Assembly (NCBI GenBank): GCA_050250255.1
Contig: JBFWOZ010000043.1
Location: 1 to 26,459 of the forward strand
Source of the DNA: Bdellovibrionales bacterium
GTDB taxonomy: Bacteria > Bdellovibrionota > Bdellovibrionia > Bdellovibrionales > DASUEL01
DNA length: 26,459 nucleotides
Direction: 5' to 3'
Notes under the pieces: model-generated
The model's input: only the letters and a program-made list of their open reading frames with translations
Told to the model about the DNA's origin: nothing
The model's database searches: none
Part shown: piece by piece, positions 8,392 to 17,307 of the stretch
Position numbering within the stretch: position 1 is the stretch's first letter
How the letters are laid out: every line of letters starts with the position of its first letter
Program-made: the position numbers and the translations under genes

Positions 8392-9077
8392 GGTTCTGTT
8401 CCTCGTCTTTGTGCCTTAATCCAGTGTAAAAGTGCAATTTGTTTTTGGTTGGGGTTACTGAGTAGAGACAGAGACTCTTGAAGAGATTCGAGATCTTTAA
8501 TACTGTCCACATCAATTTGCGTGGGTAGGAATTTGACACTTCCGAAGTCTACGAGTTGAGAGGCAAGCTGAGAGCGTGTATCAGACAAGCTATACCGAAC
8601 GTTTGTCCAAACTTCTCTGGGCACTGACTTTTTTCCACCAAATAGATAAAAACCACCATCATCTGCTGGGCCAAGTACAAAATCGAATGTTCTAAGTCCT
8701 TCGAGAGCTTCTAAAAAAAGATTGGAAGTTAGTTGAGGTGAATCTGCGCCTACTACCAATACATTATTATAGCTTTCAAAGAGGGAATCATAAATATGAG
8801 ATAGGCGTTCACCTAGAGAACCCTCATTCTGGCTGATATTTCTAAATTCCTTCCACACGTTTACTTCTAATCCCTCTTTCTCTGCAATGGCCCAGTAGGG
8901 AGTAACGTTAGGTTTGGATTCACTCAATTGAGCGAGAGTTGATTGAATACATGAACAAGATATTAAATAAAACTGTTCTGCTAGACTTTTTCCAATTGAG
9001 TTTGCGAGGCGTGTTTTTATAGGAGAAAGCCCCGGCGTTTTTACAAACACAGCAATTGCAACTTTGGGTTGTTTCAT
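8388..9077 (-). CDS. TIGR04282 / DUF2064 family transferase (arsenosugar-cluster associated, CofC-like fold)
   Basis: VFVKTPG..KTRLA, Q.EGSLGERL, VGADSPQL, VLGPADDGGFYLFG, DVD..DL. Confidence 0.9.
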   Translation of the reverse strand: MKQPKVAIAVFVKTPGLSPIKTRLANSIGKSLAEQFYLISCSCIQSTLAQLSESKPNVTPYWAIAEKEGLEVNVWKEFRNISQNEGSLGERLSHIYDSLFESYNNVLVVGADSPQLTSNLFLEALEGLRTFDFVLGPADDGGFYLFGGKKSVPREVWTNVRYSLSDTRSQLASQLVDFGSVKFLPTQIDVDSIKDLESLQESLSLLSNPNQKQIALLHWIKAQRRGTEP

Positions 9078-9784
9078 TTTTCTTCCCGAGTCGTAATGTA
9101 TTTTAGCATTTCAGGCATGGCTTGCTTCAGAGTAAGATAACCATGAAGCAAAGTCGTTTTGCCCCAGCCATTGTCTCTATATTTTCTAGAGCTAGTTGAA
9201 ATTGTCGCTCCAGTGCAACGAAGTTTAAGGTTTGAATGCCTAACTTTCCAAACAAATAAATGATCTTCTCCATAGGGTGCTTTCTCACAAAATCCGCCAA
9301 CTAAATTAAAGCACTTTGTCGAAATACAAAACCCTTGATCACCAAAAGGTAAGCCTAATATATGTGATCTTATCCAAACTCCGAGTGAATTTAAGTTCAT
9401 TAATACAGGCCCATCATTTTGAAACAGTAGATTAAAATAAATCAACTCTTCGGGGTCGTCAGATAAAATATTTTGAAGTGAATCGATGGCTTTTTGACTC
9501 ACTCTAGAATCAGCGTGCAAAAACCACAAATAATCAGACTTCGAACTTCGGGCTCCGGCATTCATCTGATGTCCTCTGCCGATAGCTGATTGGACCCATT
9601 TGGTATTTTGTTTTTTATCGCACATCGTATCAAAATCTGTCGGTTTTTGTGGGCCTACAAAAATGATATTTGTTTCTTTTGGCAACACAGAGAGATCTTT
9701 AAATAAAATTCTCCACTGAGTTTCCTCAGGCGTGATTGGTATTATGACTGTGAGTTTGCGCATATTACTCAAAACCCGCTCCAT
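9074..9784 (-). CDS. TIGR04283 family GT2 glycosyltransferase
   Basis: VIIP, GRGHQMNAGA, LWFLHADS, LPFGDQG, ED, TSSRKY. The start may be ATG 9763. Confidence 0.9.
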   Translation of the reverse strand: MERVLSNMRKLTVIIPITPEETQWRILFKDLSVLPKETNIIFVGPQKPTDFDTMCDKKQNTKWVQSAIGRGHQMNAGARSSKSDYLWFLHADSRVSQKAIDSLQNILSDDPEELIYFNLLFQNDGPVLMNLNSLGVWIRSHILGLPFGDQGFCISTKCFNLVGGFCEKAPYGEDHLFVWKVRHSNLKLRCTGATISTSSRKYRDNGWGKTTLLHGYLTLKQAMPEMLKYITTREEK

Positions 9785-10630
9785 TTATTTTTTAAGCAGC
9801 GTAAGTAAGCTGAGTTTTTCGGGTGTTAGCGATGCTTTCTGCGTCAAAACGGATTGCCGAAGACTTGATCGGCAAGAGCATTGAGAATTATCGTTTAATT
9901 GCGAAATCGAGGATTTGATGACAGATTGAACACGTCCAATGTTTTTTCCGTAAAGCTCAAAGACTTTTTCAACACTCACATGTTGGGATGGATCATCAAG
10001 CCAGCAATCATAGTCAGTTGCCACAGCAATCGTGGCGTAACACATCTGTGCTTCTCGAGCTAAAAAGACCTCGGGCACGTTTGTCATTCCCACCAAATGC
10101 GCACCACTTTGCTTCAGAAATACACTTTCAGATTTAGTTCCGAGCCTTGGTCCTTCTACACACGCATAAGTTTTTTGGTCATGCAGATCGATGTCTATCG
10201 ACTTTGCAGACCTCATAATGACAGATCTTAGTCTTGGGCAAACCGGCTCAGCCGTAGAAATATGAGCGACCAAACCTTCACCAAAAAATGTTCTAGGTCG
10301 TATCCCTTTTGTAAAGTCGGTGTATTGGGATGGCAATGCGAGATCGCCGGGTTTTATTTCAAGCTCTAGACTTCCTACCGCAGAAACACTTAATATTTGC
10401 GTTACACCCATAGATTTTAAAGCCCAGATATTTGCACGAAAATTGATTTCGCTTGGCAAAAGCCCATGCTGAGAACCGTGTCTTGGAAGAAATGCCACCG
10501 TTCTATCTTGCAAGCGCCCTACAGTAATAGGTGCCGACGGCTCACCGAATGGTGTTTTGACATTCGACGTTTCAACGTGTTCGATACCATCCATTTTATA
10601 GAGACCAGTTCCGCCAATAATACCGATCAT
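9785..10630 (-). CDS. mtnP: S-methyl-5'-thioadenosine phosphorylase (MTAP) family nucleoside phosphorylase
   Basis: IGIIGGTG, TPFGEPS, FLPRHG..H, NFRANIWAL, EGPR, VGMTNVPE..LARE, TDYDCW. Confidence 0.93.
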   Translation of the reverse strand: MIGIIGGTGLYKMDGIEHVETSNVKTPFGEPSAPITVGRLQDRTVAFLPRHGSQHGLLPSEINFRANIWALKSMGVTQILSVSAVGSLELEIKPGDLALPSQYTDFTKGIRPRTFFGEGLVAHISTAEPVCPRLRSVIMRSAKSIDIDLHDQKTYACVEGPRLGTKSESVFLKQSGAHLVGMTNVPEVFLAREAQMCYATIAVATDYDCWLDDPSQHVSVEKVFELYGKNIGRVQSVIKSSISQLNDNSQCSCRSSLRQSVLTQKASLTPEKLSLLTLLKK

Positions 10631-10645
10631 AGACTTCCCCTTTTT

Positions 10646-11698
10646 TTAACAACAAGCGCCGAATGTATCAGACTTCACATTTTGGGTTATGGGACTTGCA
10701 CAGTCGAACAATCCAAAGTGCTGAGTGAGATCGCCAACAACTTTAAAATGAGAACTATATCTAGTATCTTTCAACATGGACGCTGTATTGCTGCAAACCA
10801 GATGTGCTTTGTTTTTCTCAAAAATGTGATGATCGTCCAAAGTAAATGCATTTGGATACTCTGGAATTGATCCTAAGTAGTAGGCGACTTGACCATAGTC
10901 TTCGCAGCGATCTTCAAGGTTAAGTTTGAATGCTCTGACGGTCATAGAATAAAAGTCAATTTTGCCGGCTTTTTTTTGTATGTCTTGGCTAATCAAGTCG
11001 ATCTTTGATGTTGAAATGGTTCTATAATCCGAACAGCCAAGTCGATTCAGCAATCTTCTAAAATCTTCGATATAAAGAGCTCCACCCAAGCACTCTCCGA
11101 TCAAGAGCTTATCCTCCGCGAGTTCCTTGGGAATACGACGACTTGAAAATACATCAGAAAAGTAGAGTTCTCCGCCAGGTTTTAGAACTCGAAAAATTTC
11201 AGAAAACACTCGTTCCTTACTTGGAGATAAGTTAATTACGCAATTTGATACGACAACATCAATTGAAGAAGACTTAATTCCAATTTCCTCAAGATCTTCA
11301 ATGTAGCCTTTTCTAAAAGTAATATTGGGTGCACTAAGTCCAAATCTCTGCGTGTGATAGTCGAGATGCTTTTTTGCCACGGCAATTTGTTCATCTGTCA
11401 TATCCACGCCAATAACATGTCCTCTTGGTCCGACAAGTTTAGACAATATAAAACAATCTCGTCCAGAACCGCTCCCGAGATCTAGTACGGTTTTACCCTC
11501 GAGTGATGATGGTATGGGTGAACCACAACCATAAAACTTATCTTTTACTTCATCGTGCACTTCTTTGAGGATATCTCTTAAGTGAACAGGCATGGATTCA
11601 GCTGTACAGCAGGCGCTTGTTTGCAGATCTTGATTCGTTTTTAAGGTCTTTCCGTAGTATTCTTTAACACTGTCAAGACCCTTTAAAGTTTGTTCCAT
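10646..11698 (-). CDS. arsM: Arsenite S-adenosylmethionine methyltransferase
   Basis: LQTSACC, FYGCG, LDLGSGSGRD, VSNCVINL and GECLGGAL (four conserved Cys motifs); AS3MT-like C-terminal domain ending GACC. Confidence 0.93.
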   Translation of the reverse strand: MEQTLKGLDSVKEYYGKTLKTNQDLQTSACCTAESMPVHLRDILKEVHDEVKDKFYGCGSPIPSSLEGKTVLDLGSGSGRDCFILSKLVGPRGHVIGVDMTDEQIAVAKKHLDYHTQRFGLSAPNITFRKGYIEDLEEIGIKSSSIDVVVSNCVINLSPSKERVFSEIFRVLKPGGELYFSDVFSSRRIPKELAEDKLLIGECLGGALYIEDFRRLLNRLGCSDYRTISTSKIDLISQDIQKKAGKIDFYSMTVRAFKLNLEDRCEDYGQVAYYLGSIPEYPNAFTLDDHHIFEKNKAHLVCSNTASMLKDTRYSSHFKVVGDLTQHFGLFDCASPITQNVKSDTFGACC

Positions 11699-11711
11699 AA
11701 AATTCTCCTAT

Positions 11712-12683
11712 TTAGTTTTTAGTTAAAGAGCCACCGCAGGAGCTACCAGCTCCCGCTGTACAAGCATAACAATGGTTTGCAAAAGTTATTTTGCCCTCAT
11801 TTAATTCGTTTAAAGAGGAAATATCCCAAATTGTTCTTCTTCCTGTACCGAGCGGAAGCTCAAGCATTTGATTAAAATCGCAGTCAAAAAGTTCGCCATT
11901 CCAAGCGACAGAAACAAGGGAGCGACACATAATTTCTTTCGCAGCTGCTGGATTAAAACTATTTGCCAGTAGATCCATGTATGTCTCAAGTTTTCCTGAG
12001 CGTTCAAGATCATGGAGAAACCGTTTAATTGGCATATTAGTAATTGTAAAGAGCTGATTAAATTCGATATCAAATAACTCTTTGAGTTCTTTTTTGTAAT
12101 CAGACTGAAGTTTGGATTGAGTCGGCGGAAGAAATGGGCCCGTTGGATTATAAACAAGATCAAGAGTTAGATCTGAGTTGACTTTTCCGTATCCAAGACC
12201 GTTTAGGACCTTTAGAGCCTCGATGCTTTTATTAAAGACATTGCGCCCTCGTTGTTTCTCAACATTCTCCTTTGAATAACAAGGAAGTGATGCCACGATG
12301 TGAACCTGATGGGCTTTTAAAAAATGTGCCGTCTCTTCTTGGCCTGGCTCAAAAAGTATCGTCAAGTTGCAGCGATCAATAACTTCCTTCCCAAGGGCTC
12401 GTGCGCTGGAAACCAGTTTGCGAAATCCAGGGTTGAGCTCGGGAGCTCCTCCGGTTACATCGACAGTTTTGATCGATGGTGAGTTTGCAAGGACTTCAAT
12501 AACTCTTGTGAGGGTTTCTTCGGTCATGTTTTCGGTGCGAATGGGGCTTGATTCAACATGACAGTGATGACATGCCTGATTGCACTTTCTGCCAATATTA
12601 ATTTGAAGTGTTTCCACTTTTTGACGTGTGAGTTGCAAACCGTTTCGCACGATCGTTTGATGAAATGGCATTATCCCCATCAT
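11712..12683 (-). CDS. arsS: Arsenosugar biosynthesis radical SAM protein (TIGR04167-type, DUF3641 C-terminus)
   Basis: CNQACHHCH CxxxCxxC, TGGAPELN, SLPCY, DCDFNQML, HCYACTAGAGSSCGG. Confidence 0.93.
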   Translation of the reverse strand: MMGIMPFHQTIVRNGLQLTRQKVETLQINIGRKCNQACHHCHVESSPIRTENMTEETLTRVIEVLANSPSIKTVDVTGGAPELNPGFRKLVSSARALGKEVIDRCNLTILFEPGQEETAHFLKAHQVHIVASLPCYSKENVEKQRGRNVFNKSIEALKVLNGLGYGKVNSDLTLDLVYNPTGPFLPPTQSKLQSDYKKELKELFDIEFNQLFTITNMPIKRFLHDLERSGKLETYMDLLANSFNPAAAKEIMCRSLVSVAWNGELFDCDFNQMLELPLGTGRRTIWDISSLNELNEGKITFANHCYACTAGAGSSCGGSLTKN

Positions 12684-13816
12684 ATGACTCCTCTTAAAAG
12701 TAAAAAACTAAGAAGGCCTAATAAGCTAGCAATCGGAAGTGTCACAACCCAAGCTAGAATAATTTTTAAAATAGAACCCCAGTGGGCCTGCTTAGTTACA
12801 GCTCCAATTCCAAATAGTGAACCGCAAGATACATGCGTCGTTGATACTGGAACTCCGATATGCGAGGCTCCTAGTACAATCGCGCTTGTCACAAGGTTTG
12901 CGGAAAAGGCCTGTCCGTCATTCATTTCTGTAATTTGAAAAGACATTGTGTCGGCTATTCGTCGGGACATGATAAGACCACCGATTCCAATAACAATACC
13001 TACGCCGCCAGTCGCGTTCATTCCACTGAAGTGTTGGCCTGCTAAAAGTAATGCCGCAATTTTTGGCGTGTCATTAAGGCCGCGAGCAAAACTGACAAGG
13101 CCTGAACTTATAAAATGGCCAAGATCTAAAACTTTCTTTGCATTGATTCCCCAGATTTTCCCGACATAGCGTTTTTCACAAGTGATTTGTGTGCCCACGG
13201 AAATCGTAGGAAAATTGGCAACACTTATCATGGCTGCTAAATTTCCATGGGGGACGTCAGCTGGAGCAGAAACAAGAACTTCGTTTCCAAGACACAGACA
13301 ACTTTCTCTTTCGACTTTAAAACGTTTCCGCATGCGACTTAATATCGGATAAATAGCTATTGCACCGGCTATGGCTAACAGTGGACTAATAATTAAGGGT
13401 AAAAAGAATGTTGAGACAAGTTGGCTAAAGTTAACTCCACTGGCTGAGGCAAATAGACCCGCGCCAACGAGCGCTCCAGTTATTGCGTGTGTGGTTGAAA
13501 TAGGAAATCCGAAACGAGTTGCAAGAAAAACGGTTGAAGCTGAAGCGAGGGCGACTGATGCTGTAAATGAACTTAATGCGACGACGTCCGCGGGCACGAG
13601 TCCTTTGCCTGAGAAATTGGCAATAAGTTTTTGTGCGAAGAAAAAGGCCACGGCAGAACCCAGAAGTGTTGTTATTGTGGCCCAGGAAAGAGCAATCTTA
13701 TAGGTAGTGGTTTTACTTCCTAGTAAAGTCGCGACTCCTTTGAAGTTATCGTTTGCTCCATTTGAAAAAGCAAGAAACAGAGCTGATAATAAAATTATCA
13801 TTGCTGCCAAACTCAT
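12680..13816 (-). CDS. Inorganic phosphate transporter (PiT family) with Cys-containing central loop
   Basis: NGANDNFKG, PISTTHAITG, ARGLNDTPK, PVSTTH. Start placed at ATG 13816 (GGAGG RBS, ATGA overlap). Confidence 0.9.
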   Translation of the reverse strand: MSLAAMIILLSALFLAFSNGANDNFKGVATLLGSKTTTYKIALSWATITTLLGSAVAFFFAQKLIANFSGKGLVPADVVALSSFTASVALASASTVFLATRFGFPISTTHAITGALVGAGLFASASGVNFSQLVSTFFLPLIISPLLAIAGAIAIYPILSRMRKRFKVERESCLCLGNEVLVSAPADVPHGNLAAMISVANFPTISVGTQITCEKRYVGKIWGINAKKVLDLGHFISSGLVSFARGLNDTPKIAALLLAGQHFSGMNATGGVGIVIGIGGLIMSRRIADTMSFQITEMNDGQAFSANLVTSAIVLGASHIGVPVSTTHVSCGSLFGIGAVTKQAHWGSILKIILAWVVTLPIASLLGLLSFLLLRGVI

Positions 13817-15954
13817 GACCTCCTCCATGCATGTAGTTTTTCAACAAATCTCAACAAATGAGCTGGTGCATTTGCTTTTTTCCAAATGCCAGCTGCATAT
13901 TTGTTCGCCTCTGAAAGAGTTGGATATATGTGTATCGTACTTAAAATTTTGTTCATACCAAAGCCGTGTTTCATTGCTGCGACGTACTCAGCGATGATAT
14001 CACCCGCATGGCTCCCAACAATGGTAACACCTAATATTTTGTCGCTGTTTTTTGGCGTTAGAACTTTTACAAAACCGTGATCCTCTTCGTCAGCAATTGC
14101 TCTATCAAGATCGTCAATGCCGTATTTTACGATTTGATAATCAATTTTTTTCTCGGTAGCTTCTTTTTCGTTGAGCCCGACACGGGCAACTTCTGGATCT
14201 GTGAACGTGCACCAAGGAATCACTCGATAATCAACTTTGAATTTTTTAAAAATACCAAAGAGGGCGTTGACTGATGCGAACCACGCTTGATGAGCTGCTG
14301 TGTGAGTGAATTGATAGGGGCCAGCAACATCACCGCAAACAAATATATTTGGGACATTTGTTCTTAAAAACGGATCATGTGCAATTGTTCCTCGAGATGA
14401 AATCTCAATGTTCAACTCCTCAAGCCCAAAACCCTTTACATTTGGTTTTCTTCCAAGCGCCAGCAAGACAGCATCAAATTCTACTTTTACTTCTCGACCT
14501 TCTTTTTCTAGGAGGATGTACTTTTGGTCATCTGATCTGTGAAAAGATTTTGCCTTGTGAGATGTAAGAACTTGAATGCCTTCTTTTTTAAATTTTTCGG
14601 TAACGATTTGAGAGACATCATCATCTTCTCGAATGAGTAACTGAGGGAGCATCTCGACAATGGTGACTTGCGAGCCAAATCTTTGAAAGCACTGTGCTAA
14701 CTCGCAACCGATAGGGCCTCCACCGAGTACAACCAATCTTTTTGGAAGTTCTCTAAGATTCCAGACAGTGTCGCTGGTGAGATAGCCAACATCATTTAAG
14801 CCTTGGATGGGCGGCACTAGCGGGCCTGCGCCCGTTGCCACTATAATTGACTTTGTCGTGAGGACTTTACCATTTACTTCAACGCGGTAGGGATCAACGA
14901 TTTTAGCAGCACCCGTTATGCATTCTACTCCAAGGCCTGAATAGCGTGAAATTGAGTCATGTGGTTCAATTTTTGTTATCACTCGTTGTACACGCTCCAT
15001 AACGTCCTTGAAATCAAAGTCCGCATGAGCGCTTTTAAAGCCAAATTCTTTTGCTCGATTAATATAAGAAAGCATTTTGGCTGAACGGATAAGTGCTTTG
15101 CTAGGCACACAGCCGGTGTTGAGACAATCTCCACCCATTTTGTGTTTTTCAATGAGAGCAACTTTAGCTTTTACGGCAGCCGCTATATAAGATGACACAA
15201 GCCCTGCTGAGCCACCACCAATGACAACTAAATTGTAATCAAATTTGTTTGGCTTTTTGTACTTTCGAAGAGCCTTTTGCTGCTTGAAATAGTTCACGAT
15301 AATTTTTGATATAAGAGGCAAAAAACCTATGATCGCAAATGAAATAAGAAGGCTTGGCGACAGAATGCCCTTGAGACTGGTGATCTGACTGAGTTGTGTG
15401 CCAGCATTTACAAATGCTGCTGTACCAGCAAGCATGCCCAATTGACTAACCCAAAAGAAATTGAGCGTGCTAATAGGTGTTAAGCCCATTACAAGGTTGA
15501 TAAGAAAAAATGGGAATACTGGCACTAGCCTCAACGTAAAAAGATAAAATACGCCATCTTTGCGAACGCCATCATCAAAGCTACGAAGTTTATCACCAAA
15601 TTTTGCTCTAACCGTATCGCGAAGAAGATAGCGAGATCCTAAGAAGGCGAGGGTGGCTCCGATAGTACTGGCAAAAGAAACAATAAGCGTTCCCCACCAA
15701 AAACCAAAAATAAGACCACCCGCAAGAGTGAGTATTGTAGCTCCTGGTACAGAAAATGCTGTTGCGGCCACATAAATCAAAAAATAGAGTCCAACAATTT
15801 GAATTGGATTTTCTAAAAAAACATTTTCAAGCAACTGCTGTTTTTCTTTTAGTGTTTCAAGTGTCAGATACTGGCCTAGATCATAGGACCTAAATATCAG
15901 TACTCCTATGACTAGGGCGGAAAGCACGAAAATCTTAGCTGAAATGCCCTTCAT
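13813..15954 (-). CDS. TVP38/DedA membrane domain fused to class-I pyridine nucleotide-disulfide oxidoreductase (MerA/Lpd-like)
   Basis: N-terminal SVPGATILTLAGGLIFG..LRLVPVFPFFLIN; then GGGSAG, GGDCLNTGCVPSK, GGGPIGCE, GDV. Confidence 0.93.
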   Translation of the reverse strand: MKGISAKIFVLSALVIGVLIFRSYDLGQYLTLETLKEKQQLLENVFLENPIQIVGLYFLIYVAATAFSVPGATILTLAGGLIFGFWWGTLIVSFASTIGATLAFLGSRYLLRDTVRAKFGDKLRSFDDGVRKDGVFYLFTLRLVPVFPFFLINLVMGLTPISTLNFFWVSQLGMLAGTAAFVNAGTQLSQITSLKGILSPSLLISFAIIGFLPLISKIIVNYFKQQKALRKYKKPNKFDYNLVVIGGGSAGLVSSYIAAAVKAKVALIEKHKMGGDCLNTGCVPSKALIRSAKMLSYINRAKEFGFKSAHADFDFKDVMERVQRVITKIEPHDSISRYSGLGVECITGAAKIVDPYRVEVNGKVLTTKSIIVATGAGPLVPPIQGLNDVGYLTSDTVWNLRELPKRLVVLGGGPIGCELAQCFQRFGSQVTIVEMLPQLLIREDDDVSQIVTEKFKKEGIQVLTSHKAKSFHRSDDQKYILLEKEGREVKVEFDAVLLALGRKPNVKGFGLEELNIEISSRGTIAHDPFLRTNVPNIFVCGDVAGPYQFTHTAAHQAWFASVNALFGIFKKFKVDYRVIPWCTFTDPEVARVGLNEKEATEKKIDYQIVKYGIDDLDRAIADEEDHGFVKVLTPKNSDKILGVTIVGSHAGDIIAEYVAAMKHGFGMNKILSTIHIYPTLSEANKYAAGIWKKANAPAHLLRFVEKLHAWRRS

Positions 15955-16221
15955 CTAGGCTCCCTTTTTCAATGAGTCTAATCCATCACGCTTGTTTAAA
16001 GCTGAGAGTTCCATATATCCGCCGATAAGCTCGTCGCCATTAAAGATTTGAGGCACAGTTCTCATTCCCGATCGGTGGCAGAGTTCTTTATACATCGCAT
16101 CGTCACCCTCACCTATAAGGATTTCCTCGTATGGGATTCCTCGCTGGTTAAGTAAAGATTTAGCTGCCTTACAGTAGGGGCAATAGTCTTTTGAATAGAT
16201 CACTACTTTTGCCACGGTCAC
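15955..16221 (-). CDS. grxC: Glutaredoxin 3
   Basis: CPYC active site, TVPQIF, IGG; RBS AGGAGG and GTG start. Confidence 0.9.
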   Translation of the reverse strand: MTVAKVVIYSKDYCPYCKAAKSLLNQRGIPYEEILIGEGDDAMYKELCHRSGMRTVPQIFNGDELIGGYMELSALNKRDGLDSLKKGA

Positions 16222-16236
16222 CTCCTAGCGACGCAA

Positions 16237-16266
16237 GTAAGTGATTATGCCTAACAAAACATTACA
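16237..16266 (-). promoter_or_regulatory. Putative ECF-sigma promoter driving the grxC..arsC operon
   Basis: Minus strand reads TGTAAT-gttttgttaggcataa(16)-TCACTTAC. Confidence 0.8.
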
Positions 16267-16295
16267 TACAAAATAGGATAATTTGTCGATTTTTC

Positions 16296-16325
16296 TGTAA
16301 TAAAGATGAAGCCAGTATCACTTAC
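16296..16325 (+). promoter_or_regulatory. Putative ECF-sigma promoter for the DUF547 gene
   Basis: TGTAAT-aaagatgaagccagta(16)-TCACTTAC. Confidence 0.8.
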
Positions 16326-16354
16326 CTCTAAATTATGTTTGAAGGAGGGATCTC

Positions 16355-17206
16355 TTGATAACTAGATCTAAGCACCTGACTAATTTCGGCTTCGCATTGT
16401 TCGCTATATTGCTTCAATTTGAGATTTGTTTGGGTAGCGGTACCGAAACTGAGCCGCCTTCCCCGCCTGTAACTCAGTTTCGGCATGACCATGCTCAATG
16501 GGACAAGTTTCTTAAAAAATATGTCACCGTCAATAATGGAGTAAGCTTAGTTGACTATGAAGCCATCAAAAAAAATAGGCGCGAGTTAGATTCATATACT
16601 GAAAGCCTACAAACAATAGCGGGAACAGAGTTTTCAGGGCTCAGTGAAAATGAAAGGCTGGCATTTCTCATCAATGCCTACAATGCGCTCACTATTCAGC
16701 TCATAATTGATAATTATCCCGGTATAAAATCTATTAAAGATATAAGGCCTTCGTTTTCTCTTTCTAATCCGACGCGTAGCCCATGGAAGATAAAGTTTTT
16801 TAAGCTCTTTATGGAGGAGCACAGTTTGGATGACATCGAGCATGAAATGATTCGAAAAAAATTCAAAGAGCCTCGCATTCACTTTGCGGTCGTTTGTGCG
16901 TCTAAGGGATGCCCTCCATTGCGTTTCGAGGCTTATTTAGCAGATAAACTTGATATGCAATTAACAGAGGCTACCAAAGCATTTTTGAAAAACGGAGTTT
17001 ATAATCGCTTTGATGCAAATGAAAACACACTTTATCTTTCGTCTATTTTCAAGTGGTATGGCGATGATTTTGTACGCACGCACGGTTCAGTAAAGTCGTT
17101 TGTGGCCCCTTACATTGCTAAAACTCCAGATGAGTCTAGGTTAATTCAAAACGACAAAGTAAAAATAAAATTTTTGGATTATGACTGGTCTTTGAACAGT
17201 AAGTGA
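16355..17206 (+). CDS. DUF547 domain exported protein
   Basis: VDY, LAFLINAYNALT, SLDDIEHEMIR, EPRIHFAVVCASKGCPPL, LSSIFKWYGDDF, YDWSLN; RBS AAGGAGG and TTG start. Confidence 0.92.
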   Translation: MITRSKHLTNFGFALFAILLQFEICLGSGTETEPPSPPVTQFRHDHAQWDKFLKKYVTVNNGVSLVDYEAIKKNRRELDSYTESLQTIAGTEFSGLSENERLAFLINAYNALTIQLIIDNYPGIKSIKDIRPSFSLSNPTRSPWKIKFFKLFMEEHSLDDIEHEMIRKKFKEPRIHFAVVCASKGCPPLRFEAYLADKLDMQLTEATKAFLKNGVYNRFDANENTLYLSSIFKWYGDDFVRTHGSVKSFVAPYIAKTPDESRLIQNDKVKIKFLDYDWSLNSK

Positions 17207-17307
17207 ATAACAGGGAAGAGCTAACGTCATGAAAATAAATAATCTAGAGAATAAATCGGGCTGGATGTAGGGAGCGGCACGTAGACCCTGACTGCAATAG
17301 ACGATAA

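Noticed and set aside
13813..15954. Mercuric reductase merA
   Set aside because: It lacks the C-terminal Cys-Cys pair and the N-terminal HMA domain, has a DedA fusion instead, and no mer genes are nearby.
17229..17270. Mini-ORF MKINNLENKSGWM after DUF547
   Set aside because: Only 13 codons, no recognisable feature, in an AT-rich convergent intergenic gap; consistent with chance.
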